From the NCBI RefSeq assembly GCF_009914755.1, contig NC_060933.1: a stretch of DNA of 64,000 nucleotides; one strand, 5' to 3'. Of this stretch, positions 26,301 to 40,320 are shown one piece after another. The position numbers were made by a program, and so were the translations under genes. Position 1 is the first letter of the stretch; each line of letters starts with the position of its first letter. This DNA is from the human T2T-CHM13v2.0 reference genome, Homo sapiens. Below the pieces are notes generated by a model that worked only from the letters and a program-made list of their open reading frames with translations, had not been told where the DNA came from and did not search any database.

Positions 26301-29300
26301 TGGAATGGAACGAAATGGAATGGAATGGAATGGAATGGAATGGAATGGAATCGTTCCGAGTGGAATAGGAGGGAATGTATTCGAGTGGAATGGAAAGGAA
26401 TGGAATCAACAAGAGTGGAATGGAAGGGAATGGAATGGAATGGAAACTAATAGAATGGAATCAACCCGAGTGGAATGGAATGGAAAGGACTGGAATGGAA
26501 TGGAATGGAATGGAATGGAATGGAATCAACTCGATTGGAATGGAATTGAATGGAATGGAATGGAATGGAATGGAATTAACCCGAATACAATGGAATGGAA
26601 TGGAATGGAATGGAACGGAATGGAGTGGAGTGGAATGGAATCAACCCGAGTGCAGGGGAATGGAATGGAATGGAATGCAATGGAATGGAATCATCCGGAA
26701 TGGAATGGAATGGAATGGAATGCAAAGCAATGGAATCAACTGGATTGCAATGGAATGGAATGGAATGGAAAGGAAAACATTGGAATCAACCCGAGTGGAA
26801 TGCAATGGAAAGGACTGTAATGGAGTGGAATGGAATGGAATGGAATGGAATGGAATGGAATGGAATGGAATCAACTCGATTGGAATGGAATGGAATGGAA
26901 TGGAATGGAATGGAATGGAATGGAATCAACTCGATTGCAATCGAATGGAATGGAATGGAATTAACCCGAATAGAAAGGAATGGAATGGAATGGAACGGAA
27001 CGGAACGGAATGGAATGGAATGGAATGGAATGGAACGGAAAGGAATGGAATGGAATGGAATGGAATGGAATGGAATGGAATGGAATGGAATCAACGCGAG
27101 TGCAGGGGAATGGAATGGAATGGAATGCAATGGAATGGAATCTTCCGGAATGGAATGGAATGGAATGGAATGGAATGGAATGGAATAAACCCGAATGCAA
27201 TGGAATGGAGTGGAATGGAATAGAATGGAATGGAACACCCGAATGGAATGGAATGTAATAGAGAGTAAGGGAGTTGAATAGAATCAATCCGAATGTAATG
27301 GAATGGAATGGAACGGAATGGAATTGAATGGAATGGAATGGAATGCAATGGAATGGAATCAACCCGAGTGCAATGGAATGGAGAGGAATGGAATGGAATG
27401 GAATGGAAACTACCCGAATGGAATGGAATGTAATGGAGAGTAAGGGAATTGAATAGAATCAATCCGAATGGAATGGAATGGAATGGAACGGAATGGAATG
27501 GAATGGAATGGAATGCAATGGAATGGAATCAACCCGAGTGCAATCGAATGGAATCGAATGGAATGGAATGCAATGGAATGGATTCAACTTGAATGGAATG
27601 GAAAGAATGGAATCAACACGAGTGGAAGGGCATGGATTGGAATGCAATGGAATAGAATCAACCCCAGTACAGGGGAATGGAATGGAATGGAATGCAATGG
27701 AATGGAATCATCCGTAATGGAATGGAAAGGAATGGAATGGAATGGAATGGAATGGAATGGAATGGAATCAACACGAATGCAATCGAATGGAATGGAATGG
27801 AATTAACCCGAATAGAATGGAATGGAATGGAATGGAACGGAACGGAACGGAATGGAATGGAATGGAATAGAACGGAACGGAACGGAATGGAATAGAATGG
27901 AATGGAATGGAATGGAATGGAAACAACGCGAGTGCAGGGGAATGGAATGGAATGGAATGCAATGGAATGGAATCTTCCGGAATGCAATCGAATGGAATGG
28001 AATGGAATTAACCCGAATAGAATGATATGGAATGGAATGGAACGGAACGGAACGGAACGAAACGGAACGGAATGGAATGGAATGGAATGGAATGGAACGG
28101 AAAGGAATGGAATGGAACGGAATGGAATGGAATGGAATGGAATGGAATCAACGCGAGTGCAGAGGAATGGAATGTAATGGAATGCAATGGAATGGAATCT
28201 TCCGGAATGGAATGGAATGGAATGGAATGGAATGGAATGGAATGGAATCAACGCTAGTGCAGGGGAATGGAATGGAATGGAATGAAATGCAATGGATTCT
28301 ACTCGATTGCAATGGAATGGAATAGAATGGAATGGAATGGAATTAACCCGAATAGAATGGAATGGAATGCAATGGAACGGAATGGAACGGAATGTAACGA
28401 ATTGTAATGGAATGGAATTGAATGGAATGGAATGGAATCAACGCGAGTGCAGGGGAATGTAATGGAACGGAATGCAATGGAATTGAATCATCCGGAATGG
28501 AATGGAATGGAATGGAATGGAATAGAATGGAATCATCCCGAGTGCAATGGAATGGAGTGGAATGGAATGGAATGGAATGGAACAACCCGAATGGAATGGA
28601 ATGTAATGGAGAGTAAGGGAGTTGAATAGAATCAATCCGAATGTAATGGAATGGAATGCAACGGAATGGAATGGAATGGAATGCAATGGAATGCAATCAA
28701 CCCGAGTACAATGGAATGGAATGGAATGGAATGGAATGGAATGGAATGGAATGGAATGGAATGCCTTCAAACCGAATGGAATGGAAAGGAATGGAATCAA
28801 CACGAGTGGAATGGAATGGAATGGAATGGAATGGAATGGAATGATACGGAATAGAATGGAATGGAACGAAATGGAATGGAATGGAATGGAATGGAATGGA
28901 ATGGAATGGAATGGAATGGAATCGTTCCGAGTGGAATAGGAGGGAATGTATTCGAGTGGAATGGAAAGGAATGGAATCAACAAGAGTGGAATGGAAGGGA
29001 ATGGAATGGAATGGAAACTAATAGAATGGAATCAACCCGAGTGGAATGGAATGGAAAGGACTGGAATGGAATGGAATGGAATGGAATGGAATCAACTCGA
29101 GTACAATGGAATGGAATGGAATGGAACGGAATGGAGTTGAATGGAATGGAATCAACCCGAGTGCAGGGGAATGGAATGGAATGGAATGCAATGGAATGGA
29201 ATCATCCGGAATGGAATGGAATGGAGTGGAATGCAAAGCAATGGAATCAACTCGATTGCAATGGAATGGAATGGAATGGAAAGGAATACATGGGAATCAA

Positions 29301-31693
29301 CCCGAGTGGAATGGAATGGAAAGGACTGGAATGGAGTGGAATGAAATGGAATGGAATGGAATGGAATGGAATCAACTCGATTGGAATGGAATGGAATGGA
29401 ATGGAATGGAATGGAATGGAATTAACCCAAATAGAATGGAATGGAATGGAACGGAACGGAACGGAATGGAATGGAATGGAATGGAATGGAATGGAATGGA
29501 ATCAACCCGACTGCAGGGGAATGGAATGGAATGGAATGCAATGCAATGAATTCAACTTGAATGGAATGGAAAGAATGGAATCAACACGAGTGGAATGGCA
29601 TGGATTGGAATGGAATGGAATGGAATGAACCCGAGTACAGGGGAATGGAATGGAATGGAATGCAATGGAATGGAATCATCCGTAATGGAATGGAAAGGAA
29701 TGGAATGGAATGGAATGGAATGGAATGGAATCAACTCGATTGCAATCGAATGGAATGGAATGGAATTAACCCGCATAGAATGGAATGGAATGGAATGGAA
29801 TGGAACGGAATGGAATGGAATGGAATGGAATGGAACGGAACGGAATGGAATGGATTGGAATGGAATGGAACGGAAAGGAATGGAATGGAATGGAATGGAA
29901 TGGAATGGAATGGAATGGAATGGAATGGAATCAACGCGAGTGCAGGGGAATGGAATGGAATGGAATGCAATGGAATGGAATCTTCCGGAATGGAATGGAA
30001 TGGAATGGAATGGAATGGAATGGAATGGAAAAAACCTGAATGCAATGGAATGGAGTGGAATGGAATGGAATGGAATGGAAAAACCCGAATGGAATGGAAT
30101 GTAATAGAGAGTAAGGGAGTTGAATAGAATCAATCCGAATGTAATGGAATGGAATGGAACGGAATGGAATTGAATGGAATGGAATGGAATGCAATGGAAT
30201 GGAATCAACCCGAGTGCAATGGAATGGAGAGGAATGGAATGGAATGGAATGGAAACTACCCGAATGGAATGGAATGTAATGGAGTGTAAGGGAATTGAAT
30301 AGAATCAATCCGAATGTAATGGAATGGAATGGAACGGAATGGAATGGAATGGAATGGAATGGAATGGAATGGAATGCAATGGAATGGAATCAACCCGAGT
30401 GCAATCGAATGGAATCGAATGGAATGGAATGCAATGGAATGGATTCAACTTGAATGGAATGGAAAGAATGGAATCAACACGAGTGGAATGGCATGGATTG
30501 GAATGGAATGGAATGGAATCAACCCGAGTACAGGGGAATGGAATGGAATGGAATGCAATGGAATGGAATCATCCATAATGGAATGCAAAGGAATGGAATG
30601 GAATGGAATGGAATGGAATGGAATGGAATGGAATCAACTCGATTGCAATGGAATGGAATGGAATGGAATTAACCCGAATAGAATGGAATGGAATGGAATG
30701 GAACGGAACGGAAGGGAATGGAATGGAACGGAACGGACTGGAACGGAACGGAACGGAATGGAATGGAATGGAATGGAATGGAATGGAATCAACGCGAGTG
30801 CAGGGGAATGGAATGGAATGGAATGCAATGGAATGGAATCTTCCGAAATGCAATGGAATGGAATGGAATGGAATGGAATGGAATGGAATGGAATCAACTC
30901 GATTGCAATCGAATGGAATGGAATGGAATTAACCCGAATAGAATGGAATGGAATGGAATGGAACGGAACGGAACGGAACGGAATGGAATGGAATGGAATG
31001 GAATGGAATGGAATGGAACGGACAGGAATGGAATGGAACGGAATGGAATGGAATGGAATGGAATGGAATCAACCCGAGTGCAGGGGAATGGAATGTAATG
31101 GAATGCAATGGAATGGAATCTTCCAGAATGGAATGGAATGGAATGGAATGGAATCAACCCGAGTGCAATGGAATGGAGTGGAATGGAATGGAATAGAATG
31201 GAACAACCCGAATGGAATGGAATGTAATGGAGTGTAAGGGCGTTGAATAGAATCATTCCGAATGTAATGGAATGGAATGGAATGGAATGGAATTGAATCG
31301 AATGGAATGGAATGCAAAGGAATGGAATCAACCCGAGTGCAATGGAATGGAGAGGAATGGAATGGAATCGAATGGAAACTACCCGAATGGAATGGAATGT
31401 ATTGGAGTGTAAGGGAATTGAATAGAATCAATCCGAATGTAATGGAATGGAATGGAACGGAATGGAATGGAATGGAATGGAATCAACTCGATTGCAATCG
31501 AATGGAATGGAATGGAATTAACCCAAATAGAATGGAATGGAATGGAATGGAACGGAACGGAATGGAATGGAAAGGAATGGAATAGAATGGAACGGAACGG
31601 AACGGAATGGAATGGAATGGAATGGAATGGAATCAACGCGTGTGCAGGGGAATGGAATGGAATGGAATGCAATGGAATGGAATCTTCCGGAAT
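23356..31693. promoter_or_regulatory. Cluster of 12 consensus heat-shock elements (nGAAnnTTCnnGAAn, mostly GGAATCTTCCGGAAT); function unproven
   Basis: 15-mers start at 23356, 24056, 24415, 25243, 25528, 25618, 27137, 27969, 28194, 29977, 31115 and 31679. The consensus match is direct; HSF1 occupancy at this locus is inference. Confidence 0.5.
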
Positions 31694-32320
31694 GGAATGG
31701 AATGGAATGGAATGAAATGCAATGGATTCAACTCGATTGCAATGGAATGGAATAGAATGGAATGGAATAGAATGGAATGGAATTAACCCGAATAGAATGG
31801 AATGGAATGGAATGGAATGGAACGGAATGGAACGGAATGGAATGGAATGGAATGGAATGGAATGGTATGGAATGGAATGGAATGGTACGGAATAGAATGG
31901 AATGCAACGAATTGTAATGGAATGGAATTGAATGGAATGGAATGGAATGCAATGGAATCAACGCGAGTGCAAGGGAATGTAATGGAACGGAATGCAATGG
32001 AATGGAATCATCCGGAATGGAATGGAATGGAATGGAATGGAATGGAATCAACCCGAGTGCAATGGAATGGAGTGGAATGGAATGGAATGGAATGGAATGG
32101 AACAACCCGAATGGAATGGAATGTAATGGAGAGTAAGGGAGTTGAATAGAATCAATCCGAATGTAATGGAATGGAATGCAACGGAATGGAATGGAATGGA
32201 ATGGAATGGAATGGAATGAAATGGAATGGAATGCAATGGAATGGAATCAACCCGATTTCAATGGAATGGAATGGAATTTAATGGAGTGGAATTGAATGGA
32301 ATGGAAAGCTTTCAAACCGA
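23480..32320. repeat. Three diverged higher-order units (~2.7, ~2.6, ~3.5 kb), dialect A
   Basis: The landmark (c/t)ttcaaaccga lies at ~23488, ~26203, ~28764 and ~32310. tcgttccgagtggaataggagggaatgtattcg lies at ~23650, ~26351 and ~28922. ORF offsets are 2716 (24743/27459) and 2556-2571 (26066/28622, 26375/28946). Confidence 0.75.
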
Positions 32321-35300
32321 ATGGAATGGAAAGGAATGGAATCAACACGAGTGGAATGGAATGGAATGGAAAGGAATGGAATGGAATGGAATGGTACGGA
32401 ATAGAATGGAATGGAACGAAATGGAATGGAATGGAATGGAATGGAATGGAATGGAATAGAATCAACTCGATTGCAATGGAATGTAATGGAATGGAATGGA
32501 ATGCAATTAACGCGAATAGAACGGAATGGAATGGAAAGGAACGGAATGGAATGGAATGGAATGGAATCGAATGGAATCAACCTGAGTGCAGGGGAATGGA
32601 ATGGAATGGAATGCAATGGAATGTAATGGAATGGAATGCAATGGAATCAACTCGATTGCAATGGGATGGAATGGAATGGAATGGAAGGGAAAGGAATAGA
32701 ATGGAATTAACCTGAACAGAATAGAATGGAATGGAATGGAACGGAATGGAATGGAACGGAATGGAATGGAATGGAATGGAATGAACCCGTGTGCAATGGA
32801 ATGGAATGGAATGGAATGGAATGGAATGGAATGGGTTCAACTCGAATGGAATGGAAAGGAATGGAATCAACACGAGTGGAATGGCATGGAATGGAATGGA
32901 ATGGAATGGAATGGAATGGAATGGAATGAAATGTAATGTAATGGAATGGAATGGAATCAACCCGAGTGCAGTGTAATGGAATCGAATGGAATGGAATGGA
33001 ATGGAATGGATTCAACACGAATGTAATGGAAAGGAATGGAATAAACCCGCGTGGAATGGCATGGAATGGAGTGGAATGGAATGAAATGTAAAGGAATGGA
33101 ATGGAATGGAATCAACCCGAGTGCAATGTAATGGAATCGAATGGAATGGAATGGAATGGAATGGATTCAACCAGAATGGAATGGAAAGGAATGGAATAAA
33201 CCCGAGTGGAATGGCATGGAATGGAGTGGAATGGAATGGAATGGAATGGAATGGAATGGTACGGAATAGAATGGAATGGAAGGAAATGGAATGGAATGGA
33301 ATGGAATGGAATGGAATGGAATGGAATGGAATGAACCCGTGTGCAATGGAATGGAATCGAATGGAATGGAATGGATTGGAAGGGATTGAACTCGAATGGA
33401 ATGGAAAGGAATGGAATCAACCCGAGTGGAATGGCATGGAATGGAATGGAATGGAATGGTACGGAATAGAATGGAAAGGAACGAAATGGAATGGAATGAA
33501 ATGGAATGGAATGGAATGGAATGGAATGGAATCAACCCGAGTGCAGGGGAATGGAATGGAATTGAAGGCAATGGAATGGAATCATCCAGAATTGAATGGA
33601 ATGGAATGGAATCAACTCGATTGCAATGGAATGGAATGGAATGGAATGGAATGGAATGGAATGGAATGGAATTAACCCGAATAGAATGGAATGGAATGGA
33701 ATGGAAGTAAATGGAATGGAAGGTAATGAACCCGAGTGCAGGGGAATGGAATGGAATGGAATGGAATGCAATGGAATGGAGTCATCCGGAATGGAACGGA
33801 AAGGAACGGAATGGAACCAACCCGTGTGCAATGGAATGGAAAGGAATGGAATGGAATGGAATGGAATGGAATGGATTCAACCCGAATGGAATGGAAAGGA
33901 AGGGAATCAACCCAAGTGGAATGGCATGGAATGGAATGGATTGGAATGGAATGGAATGGAATGCTACCGAATAGAATGGAATGGAACGAAATGGAGTAGA
34001 ATGGAATGGAATGGAATGCAATCAACCCGAGTGCAATGGAATGGAGTGGAATGGATTGGAATGGAATGGAAACAACCTGAATGGAATGGAATGAAATGGA
34101 GTGGAAGGGAATTGAATACAATCAATCCGAATGTAATGGAATGGAATGGAATGGAACGGAATGGAATGGAATGGAATGGAATGGAATGCAGTGGAATGGA
34201 ATCAAACCTAGTGCAATGGAATAGAATGGAATGGAATGGAATGGAATGGAATGGAATGGAATGGATTCAACCCAAATGGAATGGAAAGCCATGGAATCAA
34301 CCCGAGTGGAATGGCATGGAATGGAATGGAATGGAATGGTACGGAATAGAATGCAATGGAACGAAATGGAATGGAATGGAATGGAATGGAATGGAATGGA
34401 ATGGAATGCAATCTTTCCGAGTGGAATAGAAGGGAATGAATTCGAGTGGAATGGAAAGGAATGGAATCAACCAGAGTGGAATGGAAGGGAATGGAATGGA
34501 ATGGAAACTAATAAAATGGAATCAAAACGAGTGGAATGGAATGGAAAGGACTTGAATCGAATGGAATGGAATGGAATGGAATGGAATGGAATGGAATCAA
34601 CTCGATTGCTATGGAATGTAAGGGAATGGAATGGAATGGAATTAACCCGAATAGAATGGAATGGAATGGAATGGAATGGAATGGAATCAACCTGAGTGCA
34701 GGGGAATGGAATGCAATGGAATGCAATGGAATGGAATGGAATGGAATGCAATGGAATCAACTAGATTGCAATGGAATGGAATGGAATGGAATGGAATGGA
34801 ATGGAATGGAATGGAATGGAAGGGAATGGAATGGAATGGAATTAACCTGAACAGAATGGAATGGAATGGAATGGAATGGAATGGAATGGAATGGAACGGA
34901 ATGGAATGGAATGGAATGGAATGGAATCAACCCGAGTGCAGGGGAATGGAATGGAATGGAATGCAATGGAATGGAATCATCCGGAATGGAATTGAATGGA
35001 ATGGAATGCAATGGAATGGAATCAATCAACCCGAGTGCAATGCAATGGAGTGTAATGGAATCGAATGGAATGGAAACTACCCGAATGGAATGGAATGTAA
35101 TGGAGTGTAAGGGAATTGAAAAGAATCAATCCGAATGTAATGGAATGGAATGGAACGGAATGAAATGGAATGGCATGGAATGGAATGGAATCAACACGAG
35201 TACAATGGAATGGAATTGAACGGAATGGAATGGAAAGGAATGGATTCAACCCGAATGGAATGGAAAGGAATGGAATAAACCCGAGTGGAATGGCATGGAA

Positions 35301-35799
35301 TGGAATGAAATGGAGTGGAATGGAATGGAATGGAATGGAATGGTACGGAATAGAATGGAATGGAACGAAATGGAATAGAATGGAATGGAATGGAATGGAA
35401 TGGAACCGTGTGAAATGGAATGGAATGGAATGGAATGGAATGGAATGGAATGGAATGGGTTCGACTCGAATGGAATGGAATGGAATGGAATCAACCCGAG
35501 TGGAATGGCATGGAATGGAATGGAATGGAATGGAATGGAATGGAATGGAATGGAATGGAAACAACACGAGTGCAATGTAATGGAATCGAATGGAATGGAA
35601 TGGAATGGAATGGAATGGATTCAACCCGAATGGAATGGAAAGGAATGGAATAAACCCGAGTGGAATGGCATGGAATGGAGTCTAATGGAATGGAATGGAA
35701 TGGAATGGTATGGAATAGAATGGAATGGAACGAAATGGAATGGAATGGAATGGAATGGAATGAACCCGTGTGCAATGGAATGGAATGGAATGGAATGGA

Positions 35800-37950
35800 A
35801 TGGAATGGATTCAACTCGAAAGGAATGGAAAGGAATGGAATCAACCCGAGTGGAATGGCATGGAATGGAATGGAATGGAATGGAATTAACCCTAATAGAA
35901 TGGAATGGAATGGAATGGAATGGAATGGAATGGAATGGAAGGAAATGGAATGGAATGGAATGGAATGGAATGGAATGGAATGGAATGGAATGGTACGGAA
36001 TAGAATGGAATGGAACGAAATGGAATGGAATGGAATGGAATGGAATGGAATGGAATGGAATCAACCCGAGTGCAGGGAAATGGAATGGAATGGAAGGCAA
36101 TGGAATGACATCATTCGGAATTGAATGGAATGGAATGGAATGGAATGGAATCAACTCGATTGAAATGGAATGGAATGGAATGGAATGGAATGGAATGGAA
36201 TGGAAGTGCATGGAATGGAATGTAATGAAACCGAGTGCAGGGGAATGGAATGGAATGGAATGCAATGGAATGGAGTCATGCGGAATGGAACGGAATGGAA
36301 TGGAATGGAATCAACCCGAGTGCAATGGAATGGAATGGAATGGAAAGGAATGGAATGGAATGGATTCAACCCGAATGGAATGTAAAGGAATGGAATCAAC
36401 CCGAGAGGAATGGCATGGAATGGAATGGAATGGAATGGAGTGGAATGGTACAGAATAGAATGTAATGGAACGAAATGGAATGGAATGGAATGGAATGGAA
36501 TGGAATCATTCCGAGTGGAATAGAAGGGAATGTTTTCGAGTGGAATGAAAAGGAATGAAATCAACCAGAATGGAATGGAATGGAATCGAGTGGAATGGAA
36601 TGCAATCGAATGGAATGGAAAGGAATAGAATGGAATCAACCTGAGTGGAATGGAATGGAAAGGACTGGAATGGAATGGAATGGAATGCTATGGAATCAAC
36701 TCGATTGCAATGAAATGGAATGGAATGGAATGGAATGGAATGGAATGGAATTAACCGGAATAGAATGGAATTGAATGGAATGGAAAGGAATGGAATGGAA
36801 TAGAATGGAATGGAATGGATTCAACTCGAATGGAATGGAAAGGAATGGAATCAACCCGAGTGGAATGGCATGGAATGGAATGGAATGGAATGGAATGGAA
36901 TGGAATTAACCCTAATAGAATGGAATGGAATGGAATGGAATGGAATTGAATGGAATTAACCCTAATAGAATGGAATGGAATGGAATGGAATGGAATGGAA
37001 TGGAATGGAAGGAAATGGAATGGAATAGAATGGAATGGAATGGAATGGAATGGAAGGAAATGGAATGGAATGGAATGGAATGGAATGGAATGGAATGGAA
37101 GGAAATGGAATGGAATGGAATGGAATGGAATGGAATGGAATGGTACGGAATAGAATGGAATGGAACGAAATGGAATGGAATGGAATGGAATGGAATGGAA
37201 TGGAATGGAATGGAATGAAATCAACCCGAGTGCAGGGGAATGGAATGGAATGGAAGGCAATGGAATGAAATCATTCGGAATTGAATGGAATGGAATGGAA
37301 TGGAATGGAATGGAATCAACTCGATTGAAATGGAATGGAATGGAATGGAATGGAATGGAATGGAATGGAATGGAATGGAATGGAAGTGAATGGAATGGAA
37401 TGTAATGAAACCGAGTGCAGGGGAATGGAATGGAATGGAATGCAATGGAATGGAGTCATCCGGAATGGAACGGAATGGAATGGAATGGAATCAACCCGAG
37501 TGCAATGGAATGGAATGGAATGGAAAGGAATGGAATGGAATGGATTCAACCCGAATGGAATGGAAAGGAATGGAATCAACCCGAGAGGAATGGCATGGAA
37601 TGGAATGGAATGGAATGGAGTGGAATGGTACGGAATAGAATGTAATGGAACGAAACGGAATGGAATGGAATGGAATGGAATGGAATGGAATGGAATCATT
37701 CCGAGTGGAATAGAAGGGAATGTTTTCGAGTGGAATGAAAAGGAATGGTATCAACCAGAGTGGAATGGAATGGAATCGAATGGAATGGAAAGGAATAGAA
37801 TGGAATCAACCCGAGTGGAATGGAATGGAAAGGACTGGAATGGAATGGAATGGAATGCAATGGAATCAACTCGATTGCAATGAAATGGAATGGAATGGAA
37901 TGGAATGGAATGGAATGGAATGGAATGGAATAGAATGGAAAGGAATCACC
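35800..37950. repeat. Diverged tandem duplication, ~1.16-1.19-kb unit x2
   Basis: tcattcggaattg at 36111/37271; ccgagaggaatggc at 36401/37581; tcattccgagtggaatagaaggg at 36506/37696. Confidence 0.8.
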
Positions 37951-38679
37951 CCAAGTGCAGGGGAATTTAATGGAATGGAATGCACTGGAATGGAATCATC
38001 CGGAATGGAATGGAATGGAATGGAATGGAACGGAATGGAATGGAATCAACTCGATTTCAATGGAATGGAAAGGAATGGAATGGAATGGAATGCAATGGAA
38101 TCGTACGGAATAGAATGGAATGGAACGAAATGGAATGTAATGGAATGGAATGGAATGGAATGGAAAGGAATGGAATGGAATGGAATGGAACGAAATGGAA
38201 TGGAATGAACCCGCGTGCAATGGAATGGAATGGAATGGAAAGGAATGGAATGGATTCAACTCGAATGGAATGGAAAGGAATGGAATCAACACGAGTGGAA
38301 TGGCATGGAATGGAATGGAATTGAATGAAATGGAATGGAATGGAATGGAATGAAATGTAATGGAATGGAAAGGAATGGAATCAACACGAGTGGAATGGCA
38401 TGGAATGGAATGGAATTGAATGAAATGGAATGGAATGGAATGGAATGAAATGTAATGGAATGGAATGGAATGGAATCAACCCGAGTGCAATGTAATGGAA
38501 TCGAATGGAATGGAATGGAATGGAATGGATTCAACCCGAATGGAATTAAAAGGAATGGAATATACCCGAGTGGAATGGCATGGAATGGAGTGGAATGGAA
38601 TGGAATGGAATGGTACGGAATAGAATGGAATGTAACGAAATGGAATAGAAGGGAATGGAATGGAATGGAATGGAATGAA

Positions 38680-40320
38680 CCCGTGTGCAATGGAATGGAA
38701 TGGAATGGAATGGAATGGAATGGAATGGATTCAACTCTAATGGAATGGAAGGGAATGGAATCAACGCGAGTGGAATGGCATGGAATGGAATGGAATGGAA
38801 TGGAATGGAATGGAATGGAGTGGAATGGAATGGTACGGAATAGAATGGAATGGAAAGAAATGGAATGGAATGAAATGGAGTGGAATGGAATGGAATGGAA
38901 TGGAATGGAATCAACCCGAGTGCAGGGGAATGGAATGGAATTGAAGGCAATGGAATGGAATCATCCGGAATTGAATGGAATGGAATGGAATCAACTCGAT
39001 TGCAATGGAATGGAATGGAATGGAATGGAATGGAATGGAATGGAATGGAATGGAATGGAATGGAATTAACCCGAATAGAATGGAATGGAATGGAATGGAA
39101 TGGAATGGAATGGAATGGAATGGTACGGAATAGAATGGAATGGAACGAAATAGAATGGAATGAAATGGAATGGAATGGAATGGAATGGAATCAACCCGAC
39201 TGCAGGGGAATGCAATGGAATTGAAGGCAATGGAATGGAATCATCCGGAATTGAATGGAATGGAATGGAATCAACTCGATTGCAATGGAATGGAATGGAA
39301 TGGAATGGAATGGAATGGAATGGAATGGAATGGAATGGAATTAACCCGAATAGAATGGAATGGAATGGAATGGAATGGAATGGAATGGAAGTAAATGGAA
39401 TGGAATGTAATGAACCCGAGTGCAGGGGAATGGAATGGAATGGAATGCAATGGAATGGAGTCATCCGGAATGGAACAGAAAGGAATGGAATGGAATGAAC
39501 CCGTGTGCAATGGAATGGAATCGAATGGAATGGAATGGAATGGAATGGATTCAACTCTAATGGAATGGAAGGGAATGGAATCAACGCGAGTGGAATGACA
39601 TGGAATGGAATGGAATGGAAAGGAATGGAATGGAGTGGAATGGAATGGTACGGAATAGAATGGAATGGAACGAAATGGAATGTAAAGAAATGGAATGGAA
39701 TGGAATGGAATGGAATGGAATGGAATGGAATGGAATCAACCCGAGTGCAGGGGAATGGAATGGAATTGAAGGCAATGGAATGGAATCATCCGGAATTGAA
39801 TGGAATGGAATGGAATCAACTCGATTGCAATGGAATGGAATGGAATGGAATGGAATGGAATGGAATGGAATGGAATGGAATGGAATTAACCCGAATAGAA
39901 TGGAATGGAATGGAATGGAATGGAATGGAATGGAATGGTATGGAATAGAATGGAATGGAACCAAATGGAATGGAATGAAATGGAATGGAATGGAATGGAA
40001 TGGAATGGAATGGAATCAACCCGACTGCAGGGGAATGGAATGGAATTGAAGGCAATGGAATGGAATCATCCGGAATTGAATGGAATGGAATGGAATCAAC
40101 TCGATTGCAATGGAATGGAATGGAATGGAATGGAATGGAATGGAATGGAATGGAATTAACCCGAATAGAATGGAATGGAATGGAATGGAATGGAATGGAA
40201 GTAAATGGAATGGAATGTAATGAACCCGAGTGCAGGGGAATGGAATGGAATGGAATGCAATGGAATGGAGTCATCCGGAATGGAACAGAAAGGAATGGAA
40301 TGGAATCAACCCGTGTGCAA
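38680..40320. repeat. Tandem duplication, ~810-820-bp unit x2
   Basis: tcaactctaa at 38731/39551; gtaaatgg at 39391/40201; tggaacagaaagg at 39471/40281. A single-copy homolog lies at ~21870-22630. Confidence 0.82.

Noticed and set aside
30835-30849. HSE-like GGAATCTTCCGAAAT (also 63919 GGAATCTTCCGTAAT and ~50389 GGAATCTGCCAGAAT)
   Set aside because: One unit is mutated, so these are not counted as perfect HSEs. They also show the motif is not strictly conserved.
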